DNA from: the human T2T-CHM13v2.0 reference genome, Homo sapiens
Assembly: GCF_009914755.1 (NCBI RefSeq)
Contig: NC_060928.1
Direction: 5' to 3' (one strand)
Length of the DNA: 64,000 bases
The translations under genes and the position numbers were made by a program. Below, in pieces: positions 37,590 through 57,399 of this stretch (its first letter is position 1; each line of letters starts with the position of its first letter). The notes beneath the pieces are model-generated. The model saw nothing but the letters and a program-made list of their open reading frames with translations. It did no database searches and was not told the origin of the DNA.

Positions 37590-38360
37590 ATACTTTTTTG
37601 ACTCACAGGGTATTTCAAAGTTTATTACTTGGTTTTCAGACATTTGAGGCTTTTCTGGTTATCAATTTGTTGTTGGTTTCTAATTTAATTTCAAGTGTTC
37701 AGACAACATCCTTTGTATAGTATTTCAGGCTTGAACCTTTTCTCAATCGATCGACATACAGTCTATCTTGGTACTGCCAAGTACCATTTGGGTCAGGATT
37801 TTGTCATTTAGATCCATATTTTTCCAATATTTTTATCTGGTTGTCCCATCAGTTACTGAGAGAGCAGTATTAATTCACCAGCTATAATTTTGCATTGTCA
37901 ATTTCCTGCTTTTGTTCTGTTGTTTTTGATTCACATACTTTGAGGTTGTGTGTGTGTGTGTACTTTGTGTGCATTTTGAGGCACAATTTTTAATTGTAAC
38001 ATCATCGTCTCTGATTCTTTTATTTTTATTAAATTACCCTGTTTATTTCTGGTGATATATTTTGCTCTGAAGCCTCTTTCATCTAGTGTTAACATCTCTG
38101 TTGAAGCTTTTTATGATTAGTGTCTGGATAGCATATTTTTATGATTAGTGTCTGCATAGCATATTTTTTCTCATACTTTGTTTGTGTCTTTGTGTTTAAA
38201 TTGTGTCTCTGTGGATGCCATATTGTTGGGTCTTGCCTTCCTCTCAGGTCTGGCAGTCTCTGTCTTAAGTAGAGTATTTGTCCAGTTACATTGTAACTAA
38301 TCATTGCTAAGGTTGGATTTAGGTCTGCCATTTTTCTAGTTATTTTCTATTTGTTTGTTT
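37590..38360 (-). mobile_element. Ancient L1M fragment
   Basis: AT-rich antisense L1-like ORF2 5' sequence (GTTACTGAGAGAGCAGTATTAATTCACCAGCTATAATT; TGTGTCTCTGTGGATGCCATATTGTTGGGTCTTG). Confidence 0.6.
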
Positions 38361-38364
38361 ATTA

Positions 38365-38649
38365 TTTTTAAGACAGGGTCTTGCTCTGTCACCCAGACTG
38401 TAGTGCAATTGTGCAATCTTGGCTCGCTGCAACCTCTGCCTCCCAGGCCCAACCAATCCTCACTTGATCCCCCTGAGTAGCTGGGACTACAGGTGCATGG
38501 CACCACACCTGGCTAATTTTTATATTTTTTGTAGAGATAGAGTTTTGCCATGTTGCACAGGCTGGTCTTGAACTCCTTAGCTCAAGCAACCTACCCACCT
38601 TGGCCTCCCAAATTGTTCAGATTACAAGCATGAGCCACCATGCCTGGTC
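38365..38649 (-). mobile_element. AluJ element
   Basis: AGACAGGGTCTTGCTCTG, CTCCTTAGCTCAAGCAA (J-type). Confidence 0.88.
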
Positions 38650-38760
38650 TTCGTCTGTCTTTTGATCTTCTATATATTCTTTCCTAACTTCTTTTGGGTT
38701 AAATATTTCTAAATATTCCAGTTTGATTAATCTTTTGGCTTTTTGAAATAATTTTTTATA

Positions 38761-39059
<299 letters not shown>

Positions 39060-39407
39060 TTATAAATAATTTATTATTTCTAATTTTGGTAACAAACACA
39101 TACCTTAAAATTTACCATCATAACCAGTTGTAAGTGTACAGTTTTGTAGAGTTAAGAATATTTACAGTGTTGTGTAGCAGATTTCTAGATTTTTTTTTTT
39201 ATCTTGGAAAACTCTATACCCATTCAACAACTATTAATTCCCCCTTCCTTCCACCTCCTGGCAAGTACTATTCTACTTTGTGTTTCTAAAACTTTGGCTT
39301 ATATACCTAGGGTTATATAATATTTGTTGTTTTGTAAGTAGGTTCCATGTTATATGTCAGATGTGTCAGGATTTTCTTCCTTTCTATGGCTGAATAATAT
39401 TTCTTCA

Positions 39408-39452
39408 TATATATATATATATTTTCTCTCTCTCTCTCTCTCTATATATATA
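39408..39452. repeat. Compound (TA)n(TC)n(TA)n microsatellite
   Basis: Directly visible. Confidence 0.9.
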
Positions 39453-40969
39453 TCCTTTTGTTTATCCATCTATTCCTGGATGGACGTTTTGGTTTCTTCC
39501 ACTTGTGGCTGTGTAATGCTCCTGTGAACACAGGTGTGCACATATCTGTTGGAGTTCCTGCTACTAGTTATTCTGTCTCTGTAGAAGTTGGATGCCTGGA
39601 TCATATGGTCATTTTATTTTATTTTTTGTGAGGAGCCAGTTCATATTTCCACCAACAGTGTTCAAGGGTTTCAGTTTCACCTGCACTTGTTACTTTCTGT
39701 TGGGTTAGAAGTGATGTCCCATTGTGGTTTCTATTTGCATTTCTTTAATGACTAGTGATGTTACACATCTTCTCATATATCTCATGTATCTGTTGGCTAT
39801 TTTTATATCATCTTTGCATCTTTGGATAAATGTTCTTTGTCCATTTTTTAATCACTTTATTTTGTTGTTGTGTTGTAGTGGGGTTTTTTGGTCATGATCA
39901 TTCATTTATCTCACAGTTCATTCTTGTTACTTGGGCCAGGGTCATGGTCATTCATTATCTCTCAGTTCATCCTCATTACGTTGGGCAAACAGTCATGCTG
40001 CAGGGTATAGATTATGTTATTCTGTTACTTTCAGATAGAATTGGGGTCTAGGTTCTAATTGTTTCTAAGTTTAGATTCTGAATGAGAATCAGCAGAGGTA
40101 GACCACTGCTGCTGAGGCCTGGGGATTGCTGGGGAAAAGGCAGGAAACAGATACGGACCTGACCATGGAAGGTTTGCGTTTCACGGCTCCCATCTGGGTA
40201 CCCAAGGAACCTACATGTAGCTCATGTGTGGAGAGCCTACTTTGCCCACTCAAAGCAATTGAGGATGGAACAGTCTTGGGGCTGGAGCTCATTATTTGGA
40301 ATGATAACCACATCTGCACAGAGAGGACCTGACAAGATGTTGTCCTTCCATGTATATCTGGGAATCCTCTGTAGGGTCTCTCTGTAAGGACAGGGGCAGT
40401 GTTGGCTCCTTGGCCTCTAGTTAGCCTCACAAGTAGTCTAGTAAAGGCTTTGCAAACTTGTCACCATCTGTGGACATTCTGGCCAGCTCTTGTTTTCACC
40501 CTACTGACTTCTTCAGACACTAGGCTTTTGCTTTAGACCATTCATGGTTTTTCTTCCTCTTCAAATCAGTAATCAATAAATACTCTTCAAGTCAATAAAT
40601 TTCCACTCCTTTAGGAAACCCTGATCTTCTGGTCACACCAAGGTTTAATTAACTGGTTTGATTGTTTTTCTGTTTTGTTTTTTTTTTCCTTCTTCCTAGG
40701 GGTTTCTAGTAATTCTAGTTTGATGTCTCACTTTCTCCATTTTTTATTTCTTAGTTTTCTTCTGTGATTATTTTCACTGCAGCTGCAGGGCCTAATCCTA
40801 GGTTGGCAGAGAACTAGCACTTACTCTGCCCTAATTGGAATCCAGGAGAGATAGGAGGTGCCCTAGTGTGAAAATGTGTTTGCTCCTCTCTGCTTCTGGT
40901 AGTCTCTCTGTAGGAGTTCTTTACGTATTCTGTATGTTCACTTCTTATGAGATACATGATGAGCAACTA

Positions 40970-41182
40970 TAGGTTGAATGTCTCTGATCCAAAAATCTGA
41001 AATCCCAAATGCTCCAAAGTCTGAAACTTTTAGAGTGCCAACATGACACTCAAAGGAAATGCTTATTGGAGCATCTCAGACTCAGGTGTTTGAATTCGAA
41101 ATGCTCAACCAGTAAGAATAGTGCAAATATTACAAAATCTGAAACACATCCCAAGCATTTCAAATAAGGAACTCTCAACTGG
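40970..41182. mobile_element. Tigger4a/MER46-type DNA transposon MITE
   Basis: TA-flanked degenerate TIRs (TAGGTTGAATGTCTCTGATCC...AAATAAGGAACTCTCAACTGG) with internal AAAATCTGAAATCCCAAATGCTCCAAA. Confidence 0.8.
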
Positions 41183-41953
41183 TATTTTATTTATTCTACA
41201 GTTTGCCTTTTACCCTGTTGGTTGTGACCTTTGAGGTACAGAAGTTTTTAGGTTTGATATATTTTTGCTTTTACTGCCTGAGCTTTTAATGTCATATCCT
41301 AAAAATTATTGACAAATTCATCGTCATAAAGCATTTTCCAAATTTGTTTTCCCTAGGAGTTTGATAGTTCTAGTTTTACATTTAGGTTTATAATTCACTT
41401 TGAATTAATTTTAACGTGTTATAAGGTAAGAGTCCAACTTCACTGTTTTGCATGTAGATATAAAATTTTCCCAACACAATTTGTTGCAGAAACTGTCCTT
41501 CACCATTGAGTGGTCTTGGCATCCTTGTGGAAGATCATCGGACCATATATGCCAGGGTTGGTTTCTGAGGTCTCTGTTGTGTTGGTCCATAAGTGTGTCA
41601 AGAGTGTATTTATGCCATGACCACATTTTTTTTTGGCTTATTGCAGTTTTGTAATTGTTTTGAGACCTTTAATTTTGTTCTGTTTCAAGATCGATTTGCC
41701 TATTCATGGGCCCTGGAGATTCCATATGAATTTTAGGATAGGTTTTTCTGTTTATCAAAAATGTCATTGGAATCTTTATAAGGATTGTATTGAATCTAGG
41801 TCACTTCGAGTAGTGTTGACATCATTCCAAGATGAAATCATCTAATCTGCAAACCCAGCTTTTCTTTTCATTTATTTGTGTTTAATTTCTTTCAACAGTG
41901 TTTTGTAGTTTTCTGTGTTCAAATCTTTTGCCCTCTTGGTTAAGCTTATTTCT

Positions 41954-43031
<1,078 letters not shown>

Positions 43032-44055
43032 CTTTTTAAAATTTTATTTGCAGATTGTTCATTGTTAGTTTATAGAAATGCAACTGACTTGAGAGTGTTA
43101 CCATATCCTGAAACTTTGTTGAATTTCATTATTCTACCAGTATTTTGTGGAATTTCAGAATTTTTACACATTACATCTTGTTGTCTGTGAACAAAATTTT
43201 GTACTTTTTCCTTTCCGATCGGCATGTTTTTATTACTTTCTCTTGCCTAATTATTCTAAGTAGAAATTCCAGTGCTGTGGTGAATAGAAGTGGCAGGAAG
43301 AGAAGTTGCTATCTTATTCCTGATCCTAGAGGAAAAGATTTTAGTTTTTCACGATTGAGTATGATGTTAGCTGTGAGCTTTTCATGTATAATCTTTATTT
43401 ACTGAGGAGTTTCCATATATTACTAATTCTTTGAGTGTTTTTATTACAAAAGGTGTTCATCTGGCTCTGGAACCAGATAAATGTTGACCTGATAGAATGG
43501 ATTGGAATGTCCCCTTCTGGTTTTTTGAACATTTTTGGAAGATTTTGCAGAGGATTGGAATTAATTCTTCTTGAAATGTTTGGTAAAATTTTCCAGTGAA
43601 GTTATCTGGACCTGGAATTTTCTTTTTGGTGGGGTTTTTGATTACTGGTTGAATCTTCTTACTAGTTACAGGTCTCTTTGGATTTTTTATTTCTCCGTGA
43701 TGCAGTATGGTGGTTTGTGTTTCTAGGAATTTATAAATTTATTCTAGGTTGCCCAGTTTGGTGGCATATGGTTGCTCACATTAGTGTCTTGTAATCTTTT
43801 TCATTTCTGTGGCATGTGTTGTACTGTCAACTCTTTTATTTATGATTGTAGTATTTGAGATTTCTCTTTTTTTCTTAATATAGCTGTGAGTTTTAAAATT
43901 TTTATTGATCTTTAAAAAAACAAACTCAGTGTTTTTTTTCCTTTTTTTCTGGTCTTATTCTGCTTATCTCTGCTGTAATCTGTTATTTTCTTCCTTTTGC
44001 TTGGATTGTCATTAGTTTTTTTTTTCCTTCTTCAGGTGTAATGTTAGGTTATTGA

Positions 44056-44300
44056 TTTGAGATCTTTCTTCTTTTTAATTTAAGCACCGGCAGCTATAAG
44101 CTTCCCTTTAGCAAGGGTTTGAGATCTTTCTTCTTTTTAATTTAAGCATCTGCAGCTGTAAACTTCCCTTTAGCACGGGTTTGAGATCTTTCTTCTTTTT
44201 AATTTAAGGATCTGCAGCTGTAAGCTTCCCTTTAGCATGGGTTTGAGATCTTTCTTCTTTTTAATTTAAGCATCTGCAGCTGTAAGCTTCCCTTTAGCAC
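44056..44300. repeat. 62-bp tandem repeat x4 derived from L1 ORF2
   Basis: TTTGAGATCTTTCTTCTTTTTAATTTAAGCA...CTTCCCTTTAGCA starts at 44056, 44118, 44180 and 44242. Confidence 0.95.
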
Positions 44301-44486
44301 TGCCTTTGTTGCCTCCTCCTGAGTTTGGGTATGTCATGGTTTCGTTTTCATTTGCTTAAACATTTTTTGTCCTATTGTAATATAATTGTGTTGTTTTTAA
44401 TAAAGGTAATTAATGAAACACATAATGAATTGTGCTTCTGTTTTTATAATATTTTAAGCATTCTTAACTCAGAAATGTAAATTTTA

Positions 44487-46377
<1,891 letters not shown>

Positions 46378-46409
46378 TTAAGTATTTTTTTAAGTGTACA
46401 ATACAGGAC

Positions 46410-49632
<3,223 letters not shown>

Positions 49633-49634
49633 TC

Positions 49635-51500
49635 TTTTGATAGACTCTGACAATCTCTATCTTTGAATTGGTACATTCATACCATTAGCATTCAAAGTGA
49701 TTATTGATATCATTGGATTAATATCTACTATATTTGTTACTGTTTTCTATTTATTCTCCTCAGTCTCCATTCTTTTGTCTACCACTCTTTTTCTGCCTTT
49801 TGCAGTTTTCATTGATGATTTTAGATGACTACATTTTCCCTGTCTTTCTTAGCATGTACTTCTCTTTTTAAAACTTTTTTAACTAGTTGCCACAGAATTT
49901 GCAATATACATTTACAACCAATTCAAGTCCACTTTCAAATAACACTATCCAACTATCCCACAAATAAGACTACCTGCTTAACAAACAAAACACCTAATTC
50001 CTCAGTAACATTTACAACCAATGCAAGTCCACTTTCAAATAACACTATCCCACTATCCCACAAATAAGACTACCTGCTTAACAAAGAACACACCTAATTC
50101 CTCAATATACATTTACAACCAATTCAAGTCCACTTTCAGATAACACTATCCCACTTCACGGGTGACTACCTGCTTAACAAAGAAAACACCTGATTCCTCC
50201 CTCCCATCCTTCCATTCCATTCCTTGTATTGTTCCTTATTTCACTTGTGTATAAGCATACATAATCTATCTGTGTGTATTTATTATTATCTACAAACTTA
50301 TTGGTCAGATCAATTATGAATAAATACATGTTTTTATTGTACCACAATTCCTCCCTCCCATCCTTCCATTCCATTCCTTGTATTAGTGTTACTCATTTAA
50401 CTTGTGTATAAGCATACATAATCTATATGTGTGTATTTGTTATTGTCTATGAACTTCTTGGTCAGATCAATTAAGAATAAATACATAGGTTTTTATTGTA
50501 CCACAATTCTTTAATGCTCTTTTTTAAAAATGTTGATCAAAGTTTCAGTTATATATCTTTTGTTTCCCTCTAAAGAATTTCATTTAACATTTCTTGCAAG
50601 ACAGGTCTCCTGGCAACAAGTTTCTTGAATTTTTATTTTTCTGAGGAAGGCCTTAATTCTCCTTCACTTTTGAAGGGAGTTTTCAGTGGGTACAGAAACT
50701 TAGGTTGGTGGGTTTTTTTCTGTCAACATTTTGAATTTTTCATTTCACTGTCTTCTTGCTTTCACAGTTTCTGCAATGTTGAATGCAGTTCTTATCTTTG
50801 TGTCTCTGTAGGTAAGGTGTTTTCTGCCCCACCTCTGGTTTCTTTCAGAGTTTCCCTTTATCTTTTATTTCATATAGTTTGAAAATTATATGTCCAAGTG
50901 TAGGTTGTTGGCATTTATTCTGCCTGGTGTTCTCGGAGCTTCCTGGATCTTTGGTTTGGTGTCTGACATTAATACTGGAAGTTCTCAGACATGGTTGTTG
51001 CAGAACTTTCTTCTATTTCTTCTCCTCCTGGTATTCTCATTACTCTGTTTCACCTCTTGTAGTTGTCCCACAGTCTTGGATATCATCTTCTGTTCTTTTC
51101 AGTGTTTCTTTTCTTTAGTTTTCGAAGTTTCTGATGATAAATCCTCAAGCTCAGAGATTATTTACTCAGCTGAGTCCAGTCTACTAATAAGCCATCAGAG
51201 GTATTCTTCAGTTATTTACCACATTTTTTACCACTACATTATGTTGAAGGTCCTTACGATGTCTGTCTTTCTGATTACATTACCCGTCTATACTTGAATG
51301 CTGTCTACTTCATTCATTAGGCCCTTAGCATATTCTCCAGAGGTTTACAAAAATTCCAAAATCATATCTTTGTCTGCTTCTGAAGCTTGCTCTGTTGATA
51401 CAAATTGTATTTTTTTTCTTTTTTTGGATTTTAGTATGCCTTTCAATTTTTTCCCTTTATTCTCATGCATGAAGCACCCACTAAAAGTGACTGCTGTTAG
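49635..51500 (-). mobile_element. Ancient L1MC/MD-type fragment (ORF1 and inter-ORF region)
   Basis: Antisense L1M motifs (AATTCTCCTTCACTTTTGAAGG, TACAGAAACTTAGGTTGG, CAGCTGAGTCCAGTCTACTAATAAGCCATC). Confidence 0.65.
49908..50510. repeat. Adjacent local duplications: ~100-bp unit x3 followed by ~153-bp unit x2
   Basis: ACATTTACAACCAATTCAAGTCCACTTTCA...GACTACCTGCTTAACAAA three times; TTCCTCCCTCCCATCCTTCCATTCCATTCCTTGTATT...TGTACCACAATTC twice. Confidence 0.9.
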
Positions 51501-51544
51501 TATAGCTTTAGTAATGCGGTGATGAGGTGACAGGGCAGGTGATG

Positions 51545-51680
51545 CTCTCTTAGTCTTTTTAGGCTACTATAACAAAATACTTTAGACTGAGTAATTCATA
51601 AACAACAGAGATTATTGCTCACAGATCTGGAGGCTGGGAAGTCCAAGACTAAAGGGGCAGGATATTTAGTGTTTGGTGAA
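51545..51680 (-). mobile_element. MLT1A-type LTR fragment truncated by satellite
   Basis: TTAGTCTTTTTAGGCTACTATAACAAAATAC...GCTCACAGATCTGGAGGCTGGGAAGTCCAAGA. Confidence 0.75.
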
Positions 51681-54600
51681 GGACAAACATTCAGACACTC
51701 GCAACGACTATAGTGACAGCAGCAGTCTTCAGGAATCCTATGTGAGGGACAAACACTCAGAAGCCAGCTGGAGTGTTCCAGAATCCTATGTGAGGGACAA
51801 ACATTCAGACCCCAGCAGTAGTGTTGTGGAATCCTATGTGAGGGAAAAACTTTCAAACCCTTGTAGCAGTGTTCTGCAATCCTATGTGAGGGACAAAAAT
51901 TCAGAACCTCGTAGCAGTGTTCTGGAATCCTATGTGAGGAACAATCAGACCACAGCAGGAATGTTCTGGAATCCTATGTGAGGGACAAACATTTCAAAAC
52001 CTCGTAACAGTGTGCTGGAATGTTATGTCAGGGACAGACATTTAGACCCTCGCAGCAGTGTTCTAGAATCCCATCTGCAGGACAAACATTCAGACACTCG
52101 CAGCAGTGTTCTGGAATTCTATGTGAGGGACATTCAAACCCCAACAGCAGTGTTCTAGAATCCTATGTGAGGGACAGACGTTCAGACCCCAGCAGCAGTG
52201 TTCTGGAATCCTATGTGAGGTACAAACATTCAGATACCAGCAGAAGTTTTCTGGAATCCTATGTGAGGGACAAACATTCAGACCCTCGTAGCACTGTTCT
52301 GGAATCCTATGTGAGTGGCAAAAATTCAGACCACGGCAACAATGCTCAGGAATCCTATGTGAGGGACAAACATTCAGACCCTCGTAGCAGTGTTCTGGAA
52401 TCTTATGTGAGGGACAAACATTCAAACCACAGCAGCAGTGTTCTGGAATCCTATGTGAAGGACAAACTTTCAGACCACAGCAAGAGAGTTCTGGAATCCT
52501 ATGTGAGGGACAAACTTTCAGACCAAAACAGGAGTGTTCTTAAATCCTATATGAAGGACAAACATTCAGACCCCAGGAGCACTGTTCTGAAATCCTATGA
52601 TAAGGGCAAACATTCAGACCCCAACATGAATGTTCTGGAATCCTATGTGAGGGACAAGCATTGAGACCATAGCAGGAGTATTCTGGAATCCTATGTGAGG
52701 GACAAACATTCAGATCCTTGTAGCAGTGTTCTGGAATCCTATGTGATTAACAAACATTGAGACCACAGCAGGAGTGCTCTGGAATCCTATGTGAAGGACA
52801 AACATTCAGACCCCAGAAGGAGTGTTCTGGAATCCTATGTGAAGGACAAACATTCAGACCCTCATAGCAGTGTTCTGGAATCCTATGTGAGGGACAAACA
52901 TTCAGACTCTCCCAGCAGTCTTCTGGAATTCTATGTGAGGGACATACATTCAAACCCCAGCAGCAGTGTTCTGGAATCCGATGTGAGGGACAGACATTCA
53001 GACCCCAGCAGCAGTCTTCTGGAATCCTATGTGAGGGACAAACTTTCAGACCCTCGTAGCAGTGTTCTGGAATCCTATGTGAGGTACAAACATTCAGACC
53101 CTCATAGCAGTGTTCTGGAATACTATGTGAGGGACAACCATTCAGACCATGGCAGTTCTGAAATGCTATGTGAAGGACAAACATTCAGACCCTCGTAGCA
53201 GTGTTCTGGAATCCTATGTGAAGGACAGACATTTAGACCCTCGAAGCAGTGTTCTGCAGTCTTAAGTGAGGGACAAAAATTCAGACCCTCGTAACAGTGT
53301 TCTGGAATCCTTTTTGAGGGACAGACATTGAGACCCCAACAGCAGTGGTCTGGTATCCTATGTGAGGGACAAACATTCACTCCTCACCAACAGTGTTCTG
53401 TAATCGTATGTGAGGGACAAGCATTCAGACCCCAGCAGCAGTGTTCTGGAATCCTATGTGAGGGACAAATATTCAGACCACAGCAGGAGTGCTCTGGAAT
53501 CCTTTGTGAGGGACAAACATTCAGAACCTCGTAGCAGTGTCCTGAAATCTTATGTGAGGGAGAGACATTTAGACCCTCGCAGCAGTGTTCTGGTATCCCA
53601 TGTGAGGGACAAACATTCAGACCCTCCCAGCCGTGTTCTGGAATTCTATGTGAGGGAAAGACATTCAAACCCCAGCAGCAGTGCTCTGGAATCTGATTTG
53701 AGGGGCAGACATTCAGACCCCAGCAGCAGTGTTCTGGAATGCTATGTGAAGGACAAACATTCAGACCACGGGAGCAGTGTTCTAGAATCCTATGTGAAGG
53801 ACAAACATTAAGACTCTCATAGCCGTGTCCTGGAATCATACGTGAGGAACAACCATTCAGACACCAGCAGAAGTGTTCTGGAATCCTAGGTGTGGGAAAA
53901 ACATTCAGAACCTAGTAGCAGTGTTCTGGAATCCTATGTGAGGGACATACATTCAGACCACGGCAGCAGTGTTCTGGAATGGTATGTGAAGGACAAACAT
54001 TCAGACCCTTGTAGCAGTGTTCCGGAATTCTATGTGAGAGACAAACATTCAGACCACAGCATCAGTGTTCTGGAATCCTATATGACGGACCAACATTCAG
54101 ACCCTTGCAACAGTGTTCTGGAATACTAGGTGAGGGAGAAATATTCACACCCTTGTAGCAGTGTTCTGGAATTCTCTGTGACTGACAAACATTCAGACTC
54201 CAGCAGCAGTGTTCTGTAATCCTATGTGAGCGACAAACATTCAGACCCCAAGAGCAGTGTTCTGAAATCCTATGTTAAGGGAAACACTGAGACCCCAGCA
54301 TGAATGTTCTGGAATCCTATGTGAGGGACAAACATTCAGACCACGGCAGGAGTATTCTGGAATCCTATGTGAGGAGCAAACATTCAGACCACAGCAGAAG
54401 TGTTCTGGAATCCTATATGAGGGATAAGCATTCAGACCCTCGTAGCAGTGTTCTGGAATCCTATGTGAGGGAGAAGCATTCAGAGCACAGCAGGAGTGCT
54501 CTGGAATCCTATGTTAGGGACAAACATTCAGAACCTCGTAACATTGTTCGGGAAACCTGTGTGAGGGACAGACATTTAGACCCTCGCAACAGTGTTCTGG

Positions 54601-54998
54601 AATCCCATGTGAGGGTCAAGCATTCAGATCCTCACAGCAGTGTTCTGGAATTCTATGTGAGTGACAACCATTCAGACTCCAGCAGCAGTGTTCTGTATTC
54701 CTATGTGAAGGTCAAACATTCAGAATCCAGGAGCAGTGTTTTGAAATCATATGTTAAGGGCAAACATACAGACCCTAGCATCAATGTTCTAGAATCATAT
54801 GTGAGGGACAGACATTCAGACCCTCGCAGCAGTGTTCTGGAATCCTAGATGGGGGACAAACATTCAGACCCCAGCAGCAGGCTTCTGGAATCCTATGTGG
54901 GGGACAAACATTCAGACAATGGCAGCAGTGTTCTGGAATCCTATGTGAGGGACAAACACTCAGAGCCTTGTAGCAGTGTTATGGAATCCTATGTGAGT
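51676..54998 (-). repeat. CER (48-bp centromeric repeat) satellite, ~69 units
   Basis: Unit TCCTATGTGAGGGACAAACATTCAGACCCTCGTAGCAGTGTTCTGGAA is the reverse complement of the recalled CER consensus. Confidence 0.9.
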
Positions 54999-55339
54999 GA
55001 GAGTGCCTCGAGCCTACCCAACCTGACGCCCCCGAAGCCCTCACAGGGTCTGACCTCCCAGCATGCACCTGCCTCTCCCTGAACCCCAACTGCCCACCCT
55101 GCCTGTTCCCTGGCCTCCTTCATCCTGTGCAGCCCATAGACTGTGACCATCTCTGCAGCCACTCTGGCCCTTCCTTTACCTTTGTCCTCTCAGAATCTCT
55201 GAGCAGGATCTCCCAGGTCCATCCAAACACGTGCTTTGTCCACTTTTGACTAGGCCCTTGGGCATCACTGGGCTATCCCAGCTGTCCACAGGGCCTTCAA
55301 TAATGCACATTGCACCTGGCTTATCCAAGCAGTGCTCAG

Positions 55340-56245
55340 CAGCCCACATTGACCAGGTCCCTGCTGACCAGACCCCGCACATCAGGTCATCCCTGATGAC
55401 ACACTCACTGATTAGACCCTCATGACCAGGCCCCACTAACAAGGCCCCCACTGCCAGGCACACAATGACAAGGACTCCACTGACCAGGACCTTACTGACA
55501 AGGCCTCACTGACAAGGCCTCAGGGACCAAGTCCTTACTGACAAGTCCTCACTGACTAGGTCATTATTGACAAGGCCTCACTGATCAGGTTCCACTGATC
55601 ATGACCTCATTCCCTGGCCCCAAAGATGAGGCCCCACTGACCAGGCCTCCAGGGAACAGGTTGCCACCGATCAGGCCCCTAATAACCAGGCCTAAGGTCA
55701 CCAGATGCCCCTGACTGGGACCCTAGTGAGTAGACCCCACTGAACTGGAACCAAATGCTGAGATCCCCGCTGACCAGGTCATCCTGTAGAACAGTGCTAC
55801 AAAAGTCACCACTGACCAAGTCCTCTCTGACCAGGACGCTACAGATTAGGTCCCGCTGACAAGGCTGCCCTGACCAGGGCCCCACTGAGAAGGGCCTCAC
55901 TGATGAGGACACGCCCACCAGGGTCTGCTGACTAGGTCCCATGTGCCCAGTCCTCCACTGAATAGCACCCCTTGACCTTGTCACCGGTGCCCCAGCCCAT
56001 GCTGACCAGGCCAGCACTAAGTCCCAGCTGACCAGGTCTCCACTGATCAAGCCCCACAGCCCAGGTTTGCACTGACCAGACACCAAACAACTGGCAGCCA
56101 ATAGGTCCCCACTCACCAAAACCCCCACTACTAGACCCCACTAATGAGACCCTCTGTAAGCAGACCCCTGCTGACCACGATCCCACTAAATAGTCCTCAC
56201 TGACCTAGGTCCACTGACCAGGCCCACACTGATCAGGCCCCTCCT
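55340..56245 (+). repeat. HSAT5-like degenerate satellite (CACTGACCAGG-based units)
   Basis: Repeated CACTGACCAGG/CACTGACAAGGCCT motifs, e.g. CTTACTGACAAGGCCTCACTGACAAGGCCTC. Confidence 0.7.
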
Positions 56246-56269
56246 AACCACACTGGAAATCCAAGCGGC

Positions 56270-57397
56270 AATGACATGTTTCATATGGCAGAAGTTGGAA
56301 CAAGACAGAGAGAGGAAAGAGGTTCCACAGCCTTTTAAACTACTAGATCTCATGAGAACTCACTCACTATCAGGAGGATGGCATTAAGGGCTTGGTGCTT
56401 TGCCATTTGTGAAGGATCCACTCCCACTCCTTTATGATTAAAGCTTTTTCCACCTAGGCCCCAACTCTAACATTAGGGAGTGTACTTTCACATGAGTTTT
56501 GGAAGGGGCATAGAGAAAAACCGTATTATTCTGTCCCTGACCCCACAAATCTCATGTCCTTCTCACATTGCAAAATACAGTCATGCCTTGCCAGCAGTCT
56601 CCCAAAGTCTTAACTCATTTCAGCATTAACTCAAAGTTACAAAGTCCAAAGTCTCATCTGGGTCAAGGCTACATTCTCTTTTGCCTACGAGTCTCTGAAA
56701 TAAAAAGCAAGTTCACTGCGTCTAAGGTACAATGATGGTACAGGCATTGTGTAAGCTTTCCATATCCAAAAGGGAGACATTTTCCAGAAAGCTTCTTATT
56801 TTTATCTGAGGCCCCCTCAGCCTGGCCTTCACTGTCCATGTTTTTGTCAGAATTCTTGTCACAGCCATTTAACCAGTCTCTAAGATAGTCCAAAAATGTT
56901 CTCATCTGTCTGTCTTCTTTGGAGCCCTCCAAACTCTTCCAACCTCTACCCATTACCCAGTTCCGAAGTTGCTTCCACATTTTCAGGTATCTTTATAGCA
57001 ATGCTCCAGTCCTCATTTGCCATTTTTGGTAAGATTTATTTTGAAAAAGAGGTTTAATTGGCTCATGGTTCTGCAGAGTGGACAGGAAGCTTAGTGCTTC
57101 TGCTTCTGGGGGGCCTCAGAAATCTTTCAATCATTGTGCAAGGTAATGAAAGAGTGAATTGTCTCACATGGCAAGAGGAAATCACGGAGAGTAGGGAGTG
57201 ATATAGAGTTTTCAGTGGCCAGATCTCACGAGAAGTCACTCATGATTGTGAGGACAGTACCAAGGGGATAGTGCTGAACCACTCATGAGAAATTTGCCTT
57301 CATGATTCAATCACCTTATACCAGGATCCACCTCCAACATTAGGAAGCATAACTCAACATGAGATTTGGTGGGGACACATATTCGAATTGCCTCATC
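56270..57397 (-). mobile_element. MST-type MaLR element: partial LTR, internally deleted int, partial LTR
   Basis: AGATCTCATGAGAACTCACTCACTATC, CCCAAAGTCTTAACTCATTTCAGCATTAACTCAAAG (int), AAAAGAGGTTTAATTGGCTCATGGTTCTGCAG, CATGAGATTTGGTGGGGACACA. Confidence 0.8.
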
Positions 57398-57399
57398 AG

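Noticed and set aside
51673-55082. Repeat-protein CDS or CRISPR array in the 48-bp repeats
   Set aside because: Matches CER satellite; frames are broken by indels and stops, and there are no spacers
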